A stretch of DNA of 64,000 bases from assembly GCF_009914755.1 (NCBI RefSeq), contig NC_060933.1, one strand, 5' to 3'. Below are positions 26,319 through 42,135 of this stretch, in pieces (position 1 is the first letter of the stretch; each line of letters begins with the position of its first letter). The DNA is from the human T2T-CHM13v2.0 reference genome, Homo sapiens. Made by a program: the position numbers and the translations under genes. The notes under the pieces are model-generated. The model did no database searches, had not been told where the DNA came from, and saw only the letters and a list, made by a program, of their open reading frames with translations.

Positions 26319-27213
26319 CACTTTTCATTTTCTACAGTCTTTCAATCAATGGAAGTTTAATTCAGGTAAAGTCAAATTTTTAACTCTTTCCTTTATATTT
26401 ATTGCTTTTTGTGTCCCCTCTGAGCAATCCACCCAAACTTAAAGCTGCAAAAATATTGCATTTTCCTCCAGAAGCTCTATAGTTTTACGGTACCACAATG
26501 ATTCTAAGAGACCTGCAGCCCTAACCACATAGCTAAAACTATAATCTATCCTAAACTGATTTTTGCATATGCTGTAAGAATTAAAGTTCATTTTTTCCCC
26601 ACATTTGTGTAGTTGTTGTGGCTCTATTTGTTGAAAAGAAACTTCTTTCTCCATTAAACAGCATTAACTGAAAAATTGTTGACTGTTTACGTTGTGTTGA
26701 AAATTAATTAATGGCATATATTTTGTTCCAACCATCTCCTTGCCTGCTCACGCCATATTGTTTAGGTTACTATCATTTTATAGTCTTAAAGTCAGATAGT
26801 GTGAGTCGTCCAACATTGTTCTTTTGACGGGTAGTATCGTCTCTTATAGATACTTTTCATTTGCATGTAAATTTCAGAATTAACTTTTCCGTTTCCACCA
26901 AAAAAGAAAAAATACCTTTTTGGATTTCACTGGGATTAAATTGAATTTATAGTAAGTAGGCTTTTTAATAGTTAATTTGTAAAACCCATTTCTTGCTCAG
27001 AAAGCCTCATCTTCTAATCTTATTTAATTTTCCCAAAAGTGTCTTGTTTTTGAAAAATATGTATAAATGTCTCAAGCCAGATCAGAACCTATTTTGAAAA
27101 TCTTGGAAATCATCCAATCCATTTTAAGCAACTCTGCCTTGAAAAAAGAAACTTCTTCCCGATAATTTAAGTCTGTGGAAAGATTTTTCTGACATTAAAA
27201 AATGTACATACTT

Positions 27214-28116
27214 GGAGGGAGGAGCCAAGATGGCCGAATAGGAACAGCTCCGGTCTACAGCTCCCAGCGTGAGCGACGCAGAAGACGGGTGATTTCTGCA
27301 TTTCCAGCTGAGGTACCGGGTTCATCTCACTAGGGAGTGCCAGACAGTGGGCGCAGGCCAGCGGGTGCGCGCACCGTGCTCGAGCCGAAGCAGGGCGACG
27401 CATTGCCTCTCTCCGGAAGCGCAAGGGGTCAGGGAGTTCCCTTTCCGAGTCAAAGAAAGGGGTGACGGACGCACCTGGAAAATCGGGTCACTCCCACCCG
27501 AATACTGCGCTTTTCTGACCGGCTTAAGAAACGGCGCACCACGAGACTATATCCCACACCTGGCTCGGAGGGTCCTACGCCCACGGAGTCTCGCTGATTG
27601 CTAGCACAGCAGTCTGAGATCAAACTGCAAGGCGGCAGCGAGGCTGGGGGAGGGGCGCCCGCCATTGCCCAGGCTTGCTTAGGTAGACAAAGCAGCCGGG
27701 AAGCTCGAACTGGGCGGAGCCCACCACAGCTCAAGGAGGCCTGCCTGCCTCTGTAGGCTCCACCTCTGGGGGCAGGGCACAGACAAAAAGACAGCAGTAA
27801 CCTCAGCAGACTTAAATGTCCCTGTCTGACAGCTTTGAAGAGAGCAGTGGTTCTCCCAGCACGCAGCTGGAGATCTGAGAACGGGCAGACTGCCTCCTCA
27901 AGTGGGTCCCTGACCCCTGACCCCCGAGCAGCCTAACTGGGAGGCACCCCCCAGCAGGGGCACTCTGACATCTCACATGGCAGCATATTCCAACAGACCT
28001 GCAGCTGAGGGTCCTGTCTGTTAGAAGGAAAACTAACAAACAGAAAGGACATCCACACCAAAAACCCATCTGTGCATCATCATCATCAAAGACCAAAAGT
28101 AGATAAAACCACAAAG
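27214..28116 (+). promoter_or_regulatory. L1 5'UTR: internal sense promoter, antisense promoter, CpG island, YY1 site
   Basis: YY1 motif CAAGATGGCC at 27226-27235; CpG-dense ~27230-27750; established L1PA 5'UTR architecture. Confidence 0.85.
27450..27665 (-). CDS. LINE-1 ORF0 (71 aa), intact
   Basis: ATG at 27665 (GCAATGG context); MAGAPPPASLPPCSLISDCC...RFSRCVRHPFL*, 71 codons, matching the primate-specific antisense ORF0. Confidence 0.85.
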   Translation of the reverse strand: MAGAPPPASLPPCSLISDCCASNQRDSVGVGPSEPGVGYSLVVRRFLSRSEKRSIRVGVTRFSRCVRHPFL

Positions 28117-29133
28117 ATGAGGAAAAAAGAGAACAGAAAAACTGGAAACTCTAAAAAGCAGAGCGCCTCTCCTCCTCCAAAGGAACGCAGTTCCTCACCA
28201 GCAACGGAAGAAAGCTGGATGGAGAATGACTTTGACGAGCTGAGAGAAGAAGGCTTCAGACGATCAAATTACTCTGAGCTACGGGAGGACATTCAAACCA
28301 AAGGCAAAGAAGTTGAAAACTTTGAAAAAAATTTAGAAGAATGTATAACTAGAATAACCAATATAGAGAAGTGCTTAAAGGAGCTGATGGAGCTGAAAAC
28401 CAAGGCTCGAGAACTACGTGAAGAATGCAGAAGCCTCAGGAGCCGATGCGATCAACTGGAAGAAAGGGTATCAGCAATGGAAGATGAAATGAATGAAATG
28501 AAGCGAGATGGGAAGTTTAGAGAAAAAAGAATAAAAAGAAATGAGCAAAGCCTCCAAGAAATATGGGACTATGTGAAAAGACCAAATCTACGTCTGATTG
28601 CTGTACCTGAGAGTGATAGGGAGAATGGAACCAAGTTGGAAAACACTCTGCAGGATATTATCCAGGAGAACTTCCCCAATCTAGCAAGGCAGGCCAACAT
28701 TCAGATTCAGGAAATACAGAGAACGCCACAAAGATACTCCTCAAGAAGAGCAACTCCAAGACACATAATTGTCAGATTCACCAAAGTTGAAGTGAAGGAA
28801 AAAACGTTAAGGGCAGCCAGAGAGAGAGGTCGGGTTACCCTCAAAGGGAAGACCATCAGACTAACAGCGGATCTCTTGGCAGAAACCCTACAAGCCAGAA
28901 GAGAGTGGGGGCCAATATTCAACATTCTTTAAGAAAAGAATTTTCAACCCAGAATTTCATATCCAGCCAAACTAAGCTTCATGAGTGAAGGAGAAATAAA
29001 ATCCTTTACAGACAAGCAAATGCTGAGAGATTTTGTCACCACCAGGCCTGCCCTAAAAGAGCTCCTGAAGGAAGCGCTAAACATGGAAAGGAACAACGGG
29101 TACCAGCCGCTGCAAAATCATGCCAAAATGTAA
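28117..29133 (+). pseudogene. LINE-1 ORF1p with a single premature stop (K272*)
   Basis: True ATG at 28117, canonical TAA at 29131-29133 (1017 nt, frame preserved); AAA>TAA at 28930-28932. Confidence 0.93.
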
Positions 29134-29196
29134 AGACCATCGAGACTAGGAAGAAACTGCATCAACTAACGAGCAAAATAACCAGCTAACATCATA

Positions 29197-33020
<3,824 letters not shown>

Positions 33021-34667
33021 ACAATGAGATCACATGGACACAGGAAGGGGAATATCACACTCTGGCGACTGTTGTGGGGTGGCAGGAGGGGGAGGGATAG
33101 CATTGGGAGATATACCTAATGCTAGATGATGAGTTAGTGGGTGCAGCACACCAGCATGGCACATGTATACGTATGTAACTAACCTGCACAATGTGCACAT
33201 GTACCCTAAAACTTAAAGTATAATAAAAAATAAAAATAAAAAAATAAAAAATTGAAAAAAAATGTACATACTTATGATCAGCAACCCATAACTTCAAAAA
33301 TGTTTCGGGAGCTTTTCTTAAAAATACTAATTTCCATTTCATTTAACTGTTAGCTACTAAATACTTCTCCATAGACTAGGTTTGATGGAACAATACTATC
33401 TAGTTATTTTAATTATGTTTAAATTATTAAAAAATTAAAAACAAATTCATTTTTCTTTACTTCTCTCTCTTACTCCTCTATCCACTTTAATGATATATTC
33501 ACAATATATGTGTACAGAATGTTTGAAAAACAAACCACACACCTGCCACATTTTACTTTTCAAATGTTTTCAATCTTAGGTGTATTCTCAGTCTTGTTTG
33601 TGTTTCTTTCCACATGAGATATTTCACTAGGAAATACATGAAGAATTTAGAAACTTGAAAACTATGACCAAAGTTAAAATGTGAAAACAAATTCTTAATT
33701 ATTGTTGTATCCCTACATTTCTTTCAGATATCTTGCTCCATGGCAGTGAAGTATGTTGAAGGGATTCAACCGCCCTGCCTCCCCAATATTCCATCCACTG
33801 TACCCCAACTTCTCCCCAGTTGTAAGTGACTGAAATACCTGAGTGGCAGCACACTGTCTTTCATCTTTTCAAGTCCAAAGGGCTGAGAGCTTTAAAATTA
33901 AGGAACTATTGGCTATGGTATCACAATGATTCTACGAGACCTGCAGCCCTAACCACATAGTTTGAAAATTAGTCTATATGTTGCAGGTGCCATCTGCTGG
34001 GATTGTCAAGGAACAATCTTCTGCTCCAAAGTCACGATGACTACCTCAAAGTTTAGGAGATTGGGTGGGGTGGGCCATGGGGAATAAGCAGGCACCCATC
34101 TTCTGGAAACACCGGCAGCTGCTGAGGTGCTGATAGTGCAGGCTCTCATGGTCATCTTTGCTCTTGTGTCATTCTGCAGCCTTTGAGCTTTCGCCCAGGA
34201 TGGAAAGCTCAGAGCCAGGAGGCCACTCTCCCATTCAGATTCCCTCTGATGTTTGGCTGCCACAAAATCCCTCCAACTAGAAGAAATTGGTTTTGGACTA
34301 CTCATTTCCTTTGCGTGATATTGCCCCTATTTTAGGTATAGAATACAATTTCATGTTTTAACCATTGGAAAAAAAACTGAAAATTATCATTTTCTCTCTC
34401 AATAAATTCTGACTTTCTATTGCCTGGATAAGATGTCAAAACTTCTTTATTGAAGAACAAAGACTAAAGATTAATTTTCTACTTTTAAATTAATAAAATT
34501 CTTAAATCTCCACTCCTTTCACCTTAACACCCTACACCACCCAGATCAGGCAGGGAGTTGCCCTTGGGCATCAAGGAAGTCACATACACGGAAAAGCAAA
34601 GAGGAGCAGCACACGCGTCTTTGTAAGTATCGCCTCATTTGTCATGACTTTTCTTCACTATCTCTGC

Positions 34668-34843
34668 CAGAACCAGCTACACAATTTGCGCACCAACTGC
34701 AAAATGAAAATGTGGGCCTCTTTTTAAAAAATTATTAAGAATTTCAAGACAGTGACAAGAAAGCATTAAACCAAACACCAGAGCCCTCTAAAGGTGGGGC
34801 CCTGTGTCACTGCACAGCTCACACACCCCTGCAGCTGGCCCTG
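34668..34843 (-). mobile_element. hAT DNA transposon fossil, MER45A-like
   Basis: CAG..TGCAAAATGAAAATGTGGGCC..AAAAATTATTAAGAATTTCAAGAC..GGGGCCCTGTG..GCTGGCCCTG. Confidence 0.75.
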
Positions 34844-35449
34844 GCCACTGCCTTAGTTCATGTCCTTGTCACCATGGTTATTATTCAGCTGCCTCCTAAC
34901 TCATGTCCCTCTTTAGATTTTCTTTCTTCAGAATCATCCTATGCTTACTTTCCGTACACAAGGTATCTACAGCAGAACTCTAGTTCTCTCATCTCCCTGA
35001 TTAAACCCACTAATAAGTCTCCCATGGGGTCGTGTCCAAGTTATAAATGTGTACTTCAAGGTGCTCTTTGGTCTCACCTCTACTTGACCCGTCATCTCCA
35101 TCTCTTTCCCCTTCCTTGTTCACACTCTGTGCTCCACCCAAGTGTGAAAATGCAGTACTATTTAGGTATCACAGATTCAATTCTCACACAACTAGAGAAA
35201 AAAGGGAAGATAATGCTGGGCCGTGCTACACAGGAAGCTTTAATTTCAGGTTGTTAGTAGCCTATCCTTTCAGAAAACACACAGCTACCAGATATGCTCA
35301 TTTGTCAGCACAAGAAAGCTACAGAACCAGAAAACATGATGGTGTTTTAAACGTGCTTGAGATTCGTAGACAGTCTCAATGTCACTATTTCCAATCCCAC
35401 TGTAGCAAAAATTCCCAAATGTTCTAAAATTTAGAGATTTCATCACTCA

Positions 35450-36500
35450 TGTATCCTTTATTTGTTTCCTGATCCTTTGAGCAGATTTTTATTGTACACT
35501 TTCTGTACGTCAGGTGCTTTGACAGGTGCTGAGCCAGAAAGACGAACAACAAACAAAAAATAAAAATGAAAAGAGATAACGTCTGTTTTCAAGCAGGTCA
35601 TAGCATAAATAGGTTAAAGAAGCAGTTATAATATCATATACTATGGCTGTCATGTTGAGCACTGACTATGAGTCAAGTTCAGCATGGAGAGCTTCATATA
35701 CGTTTTTGCTAATCCTCACAAAACTTAGGCATTCACGTTCCTATTTAACAAATGGGAAAGAGTGTAATAACTTGCCATAGGAAGAAGGTTATAAGCTAAG
35801 ATTTACATCAAAGTTTCGTTCCAAAGCTCCGTTCTTTCCACTTTGTTACGCTGTGCTTTATATATACTGAGAATGGTGCTCTAAAGCAGGTGCACACACA
35901 GTGATGTGACTACCAAGTTTGCCCCAGGTTACCTAATAGGCTGGACAGAAGAGGATAAGAAGTGATTGGCCTGGTGGACAAAAGTGAAGGGCAAAGGAAT
36001 GGCTGCCAAAGAAATACACGTTGCCAGACCCCAAAGAGCAGTGTATTCTGGGAACTGCGAGGTCTAGAAGGAAAGGATCATATGTGGGGAATAGTGACAA
36101 GGGAAGCCAAAAACTTAGACAATGGGCTTTGCGGGCCAACTGAAGAGATTGAGCTTTGTTCAGTACCTGATGAGGGGCCACTGAGGGGACTTAAATGGGA
36201 AATAACACATTAGGCCTGAATTTTTGAAAGATCTTCCTGGTACCAATCTGAGGAAAAGATCAAAGGAGAAAGACCCCAGAGGTAGGAAGTTCATTCAGCA
36301 GACGATTGTATAGTATTGGTAAAAACAAAGATGGCCTGAACAAGTTAGTGGGAAGATGGATAAAAAGAGGCAGCCTATTTTAGGAGACGTAGAGCAAGAA
36401 GTGACATTTGGTGATTAATTAAATCAGAATTTTGTGGTAAGTGTGAAAAAGGGATCTAAGTAGACCCTTGAGGATTTCTAACAAATATTTGAGTGGTTGG
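35450..36500 (-). mobile_element. L2 fragments with an embedded MIR (~35640-35860)
   Basis: TTTATTGTACAC..CAGGTGCT..; TTGAGCACTGACTATGAGTCA..CCTCACAAAAC; L2 body GAGATTGAGCTTTG..GGGGCCACTGAGGG. Confidence 0.5.
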
Positions 36501-36599
36501 TTCTTTAACCCAATTATTCACAGTTCCAAGTGAGTAGATCTTTGAAATTGTATCTTCTGTTATAAACCTCTATTTAAGAAACCGCAATTACCTTCTTCT

Positions 36600-36904
36600 T
36601 CTTCTTTTTCTTTTTTGATAGAGACAGGGTATCAATCTGCTGCCCAGCCTGAAATGCAGTGGTGTGATCATAGTTCACTGCAGCCTCGAACTATTGAGCT
36701 CAAGCTATCCTCCTTCCTCAGCCTTTCAAGTAGCTGGGACTACAGGCACCCACCACCATGCCCAGCTAATTTTTCAAATTTTTTGTAGAGATAGGGCCTT
36801 GTTGTGTTGCCCAGGCTGATCTCAAACTCCTGGCCTCCAGCGATCCTCCCACCTAGGCCTCCCAAAGTGCTGAGATTACAGGCCTGACCCACTGCACCCG
36901 GTCC
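36600..36904 (-). mobile_element. AluJ
   Basis: Antisense AluJ (GATCATAGTTCACTGCAGCCTCGAAC); TSD ATTACCTTCTTCT (36587-36599 / 36906-36918). Confidence 0.9.
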
Positions 36905-37879
36905 CATTACCTTCTTCTACGTTTCTTCTGGACTGAAGCAAATCTTCATTCCCTCTTTTCTCGAATCACATTGTTTTGTTGTTTTTGTTTCTTTTTTAAT
37001 GGAAGAGCCCACTTAAGCTCAATAATTACTTATGGGTATGGTTCCTTTCTTCTCAATTATTCTCTAAGAAACCAGGTGCTATTTCAGGATAAAATATTCC
37101 ACAGCATGTGTTCGTCTGTCTCCAGGATTCCCCCGTCTCCCAGCCAGGTCTGGGTTTTATTGATCACTAACAAAGTAACTTACATGTGCAGTGTAAATAA
37201 ACATGATATTTTATTTTTGTAAAAACAAGGAACCAACAACTTTCAAGAACTGGGTTGGCTAAGGCTCAAGCCAGTTTCTATTAAATAAGGATTCATCTGG
37301 TCACTTGAATTTCTTACTCACCCTCTGGAGACATTATGTGTGATTGGATTCAGACAGTTTGCACAATGCAGCAGATTAGCTAATTGCTCCTCTGCCTACT
37401 ATAAGCACAGCTGGCTACATTGGTTGAAAAACCAACCCAGGGAATAGGCTATGAAATTGGTATTGAAGATTTGGCAGCAGACTAACCGATCAAGATACTG
37501 AATGCAAAGCTAAAACACAAAGCACAGCTTGTTTGGTTTGGTTTGGCTTTTTTATCAGTAATTTCTACTGGCGGAGACAGATGTTTCTTAAAGTGGCAAG
37601 AGATTTGCAAAGCAGAATGTTCTACCACTTACTGTAATTGCTTTATTAATATTGTATGTGTTTATGGCTTCTATCTTCTGGCTTGTGGCACCTCTTACTT
37701 TAAATGACTTTGGGTTTCCTGATGACTGGCAGTTAATCTTGACTTCAGAGATCCTTTGAGTCATGCATCCAGCTTTGCTCCTGTATAGTGAATTATTTCA
37801 TATGAAGCCGAATTCTTGTTTGTGTTTATTACGCTTAGAAGCCCTCAGGCGGCACTGAAACATCATCAGACAGTGGTCC

Positions 37880-38047
37880 TATGTATGTGTTTATGTATAT
37901 ATACATATATACACAGACATACACACACATACATATTATATACATATACACACACATATTATACACACACACATATACACACACACATATACACACACAT
38001 ACACACACATATATATACACACACATATATACACACACGTATATATG
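37880..38047. repeat. Compound (TA/CA)n microsatellite
   Basis: Direct read: imperfect ACACACATAT repeats. Confidence 0.9.
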
Positions 38048-41000
38048 AAAGGGAACCTCTGGGTAGCTGAGAAGTCCACACTCAATTACACACCCTACAA
38101 CAGAATGGACTTATTTTATCCCCAGCCAAGTCTCAGGCTTAATGTCAGCTACAGTATCATTAGAAGGACGTAAAAGATTCTAACCCAGCATCTTGAAAAG
38201 ACTGGGTCAGTTTGGGGGAGTAAAGTTTGCAATAGACATATCCTAAAATAACCTCTCTTTTAGTGCTTCATTTATTTTGCTTTGAAAGTACAGACCATAT
38301 TGTAATTATCTTCCAATGTGTTACTAAAAAGAAGAAAGAAGGAACTAATAAGGAAATAAACCAACAAATGAAAATTAAATTTGGAGTTGAGATTTTTCTG
38401 AGCAGATTTGTTAGTTTGTTCAGCAGCTATCGAATTTCTTTTCTTCCCTCATCTGGCCTATCAAAGTGGCTTTTAGCTTTTCCGACATATTCGCTCAATA
38501 AGCTCTTCTGCAGTGTGCCTGCTTACTGAATTTTCCTGGATAAGGAGAAGGAAAGGGCTTCGTCTGGGGAATTTTAGTAGGAGATTTGTGGTTGCCATCA
38601 TTACTGTAATTTGTTTCAGGTCTGCCCCTAATGACAGCTTGTGGGTTAAGTCTCGGCACCATCCAGCCACAGGCCGCAGGGATATGTGAAAAAGGCAGGA
38701 AAGCCTCCCCAAAGATCCTAATTACCGAGTCATTTCTAGAAACTGCTGGGACTTCCTTGTGAAACCAACTAGCAGCAGAGGGCTGAGCCGTGCATTATGT
38801 AGTCAACGTTCTGCACCATGCTGTGACAGTAAAATTCCCTTGTGCAAACACTCACAACTGGAGGCCTTCATACTCCACTGGTGAAAAAGAAGCATCTTTG
38901 TTTAATTCATGCCACTAGGAGAAAGCCTACTCGATATTTAATTTTAATCTAACATGTCAGATTTTTTCCATGCCAACAAATAGCCTGCCAGTTATGCATA
39001 ATTCATTGTAGTGGACAAGACCTACATCAGTTTTAGAGAAAATGCTGTTGAGAGATATGGTGTAGCAGTCAGCATAGTCATCTTCCCGGGAACATTGGAT
39101 TAAGGTATTTTCAAGCCGATCAATGTAGATGGTTTATGTATAGACAGAAATTAGTTGGTGAAAAAAGGAAAAGCACTGAAGTAGAGTAAAAACATGTAGA
39201 TTTTGGAATACACCCTTCACGAGGAGCCTAAATAAGTATAGCTTAAAGCAAATCACAGACAATCTTTCATATTTCAGATTCTTCATCAGTGCCACTGGCC
39301 TTTCTTTCATAATGTGTGTGAAATGGCTTCTAGAACAAGCAAAAAGAATCAGAACTGTGCATATACTTCCAAGATACTGCATTATTGCTGCATTTCATTT
39401 GCAAATATTAAGAAATTTGAGCCAACATTGGCTTTTTAACTCTCATGATTTAAAAATGTCAAATGATACAGAATTACTAGAACCTACATTCCACCATGAC
39501 AAATCTATTATCACCTGTTTTTGTCATCAGTAAGCAACATCTCCCTGCTCCACAAAATCTAATCTAATTTCTCCGCTTAATGCTATTTTAATGCTAATTT
39601 GCTAATAAATGTTTTTTAAAGCAAGTGGAGAAAAGTATCTATAGAAGTTACATTTCATGTATGTAAGCTAATAACATCTTGCAGGTAAACAGAGATTACT
39701 TATAAAGGCCAGGTTAACATATAATATTATTAAAATACTACCATTTCCTCAAGCTGTTCAACTGTACAATCCATCTGACACATTAACATACTGCATAGTT
39801 AAAAGGCTGCACTTGCTACATTTTCCCCAGATTTTTGTTTCATTTATAATATTATGTACAAAAAAAGTCATGTTCAAGATACTGCTTATCCTCAACACCC
39901 CTGAAGTGTTTTGACAGCTATATGACTTTTTTTTAAGTAACAGAGCCATGTATACATGCATTTGTTCCTCCTTAATAATTTTTTATCATTTACCAATATT
40001 TTCTTTCACTTTTCCTTATGGTTAGCTCTTATGTTGTACATTTTTTCTTTGTGGTAACCAACCTTCCAATGGATGCCACTGACCAGAAGCTACCTTTCTT
40101 ACCTCTGGCTATTTTACATGTGACACCTTCCTGACCCACAGTAAAATTTCTTTCATTAAAAAAGAGGAAAAGGAAAGGAAGAAAAAGTAACTCACAGATA
40201 TTTTTGCTCCAATTTCTCATTTTCTTCAGTTCCATGATGTGCAATTCTCAAGAATCTAATGTTCCTTGGGCTGATCACTATTCTCCTTCAGTAAAACCAC
40301 AGGATGTAGCTGTTGGGCACAGAAGCTAAATGTCATGAATTCAGTGCCCTGCTCCTCGGCAGGAGACTCTGGCTGCGTGCTTTTTATGTAATTTTTTTTC
40401 ACCTCCACTGCCTTATTGTGCTAACGAAAGTTGGACAGTAATAACTAGTATATTTTCACACTGCAGTTAATGATTGTAATAGTATAAGGTAAGAGGGTAA
40501 ATACTTATTAACACAAAAAAGTACAGTATAACCAACCCTACAATGAATAGAAAAAATTATTTCAGCAGTTGATGAAAACATGGATACATTTGACAGAATT
40601 GCTTAGGGGAAGAAAATCGCTTGCAGGCCTCCTGAAGGCAAATTAACTGGGTGTGTACCTATTTAATCCTTTCAAGACTGTAAGTCTAATTGTTGAAAAC
40701 TGCCACCCTTCTTGTCTCCTACCCAAGTCTGAATAGGCACCCGCTGGTTCTACCTTACCTTTTGGTAGCTAATCTGAGTTTCTCTTCCCAAGATGCACCA
40801 CAGTGTCTGCACGATAAAGGAGGCTAATAATACCTTCCTAGGAAATTCTAGATTCTGTTTCCTGGGGTTAATAGTTGATCAAATAATGGACAATCAGAGA
40901 AGTATAGCCATTTGGATGAAGAGGGAAGGAGGGAGCAGCTATGGATAAAACAGGAAAAAAAAGATACGTTCAGCAGATATTCCATAGATTATCTAAATTC

Positions 41001-41087
41001 ATTTTTTATTCTAAATTAACACTTTCACGTAACGTCTTTCGATGCCACATTGTCCTATTAGCTTGCTGGCTAGACTTATTAAATAAA

Positions 41088-41133
41088 TCTATCTGTCTAT
41101 CTATCTATCTATCTTTCTATCTATCTATCTATA
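41088..41133. repeat. Imperfect (TCTA)n tetranucleotide repeat
   Basis: Direct read. Confidence 0.9.
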
Positions 41134-41794
41134 TTTTAATGAGATTTCCATGATCATCTTGTTCCTTGCTGATCTAGCCATTGACAGCTTTCCCTGGAAT
41201 ATATGGAATATATTATCACAAGGAGAAGGCACTCATCATATTTAGGGAACGAATCCATCAAACCTCAGAAGAGTAAAATAATCTTAGTTAAATGCATTAG
41301 AAGTAATTTAATAAGATTAGTAAATTAGCAGTCTAGAGCTCGAATCTGAAACTATTTTATGAGAAATGTCATGAAAGTGAAGAAATTCTCATGAGACAAT
41401 TGACTTATGAAGGAGATTAATTTTATAGTTCTTGCAATTTGAGATGAATCACTTAAGCACTCTAGCCCTCAGCTAAATCATAGCATCAATAAAAGAAGCG
41501 AACAGGGTTGGCCAAGGTGGCTAAAACTCTAAAATTATTAGATTTAGGTTACATTTAAACTTGTGATTATTATTGAAGAAGGAACAGAATGACTTAAGAA
41601 AATGAGAGCATAGATATATCATTTTAGAGTCTGTGATAATATAGACTTTAGCAAAGTAGAAATATGCAGTTCAGAGTAGAAATATGCAGGATTCTATGGC
41701 CAGAGAATCTAAAAATTTCACAGGAAAGGACGGGAGAAGCTAATATTTCCAAGCAATCACAGAAAGGAAGAAAAAGGAAAGTATTTAAGGAACT

Positions 41795-42135
41795 ATGTCA
41801 CTTGGAAGCAGACATGAAAACAATATTTGGAGAGCAGGGGGCTTATTGGGGATACGAGGGGTGATGCTGCCTGTGTAAGACAACAGGAGAAGGAAGCAGA
41901 TTTGAACAAGAAAGACCATCAGATCACAATGCAGTTATGACCCTTGTGAAAAGAAACCAAAAGGTGCAGGATTGGGCAGGGGGCCTCAGACAAAGTTTCT
42001 GCCAGCCCAACCGGAGCTGCAAACGGAAGACTGCTGATGGGAGCTGTCTTCCAAAAATGGCCAGGCCCTAGAATTGGCTGGGAATATGGGTTCAGCCATT
42101 GGCTGGAGACTTCCGAGAAAGTGGCCTTGGGACTT
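41795..42135 (-). mobile_element. Ancient ERVL LTR (LTR16/LTR33-like), possibly followed by internal sequence to ~42990
   Basis: GGAAGCAGACATGAAAACAATATTTGGAGAGCAGGGGGCTTATTGGGG and CAGCCATTGGCTGGAGAC motifs resemble this class; highly diverged. Confidence 0.4.

Noticed and set aside
28072-28116. N-terminal extension MHHHHQRP.. of ORF1 in the ORF track
   Set aside because: Artefact of an upstream GTG; the canonical ORF1 ATG is at 28117.
33700-34340. Splice-like signals (TTCTTTCAG at ~33727, GTAAGT at ~33822, TTGCAG at ~33986)
   Set aside because: Such signals are frequent by chance; no coherent reading frame, and no transcript evidence is available from sequence alone.
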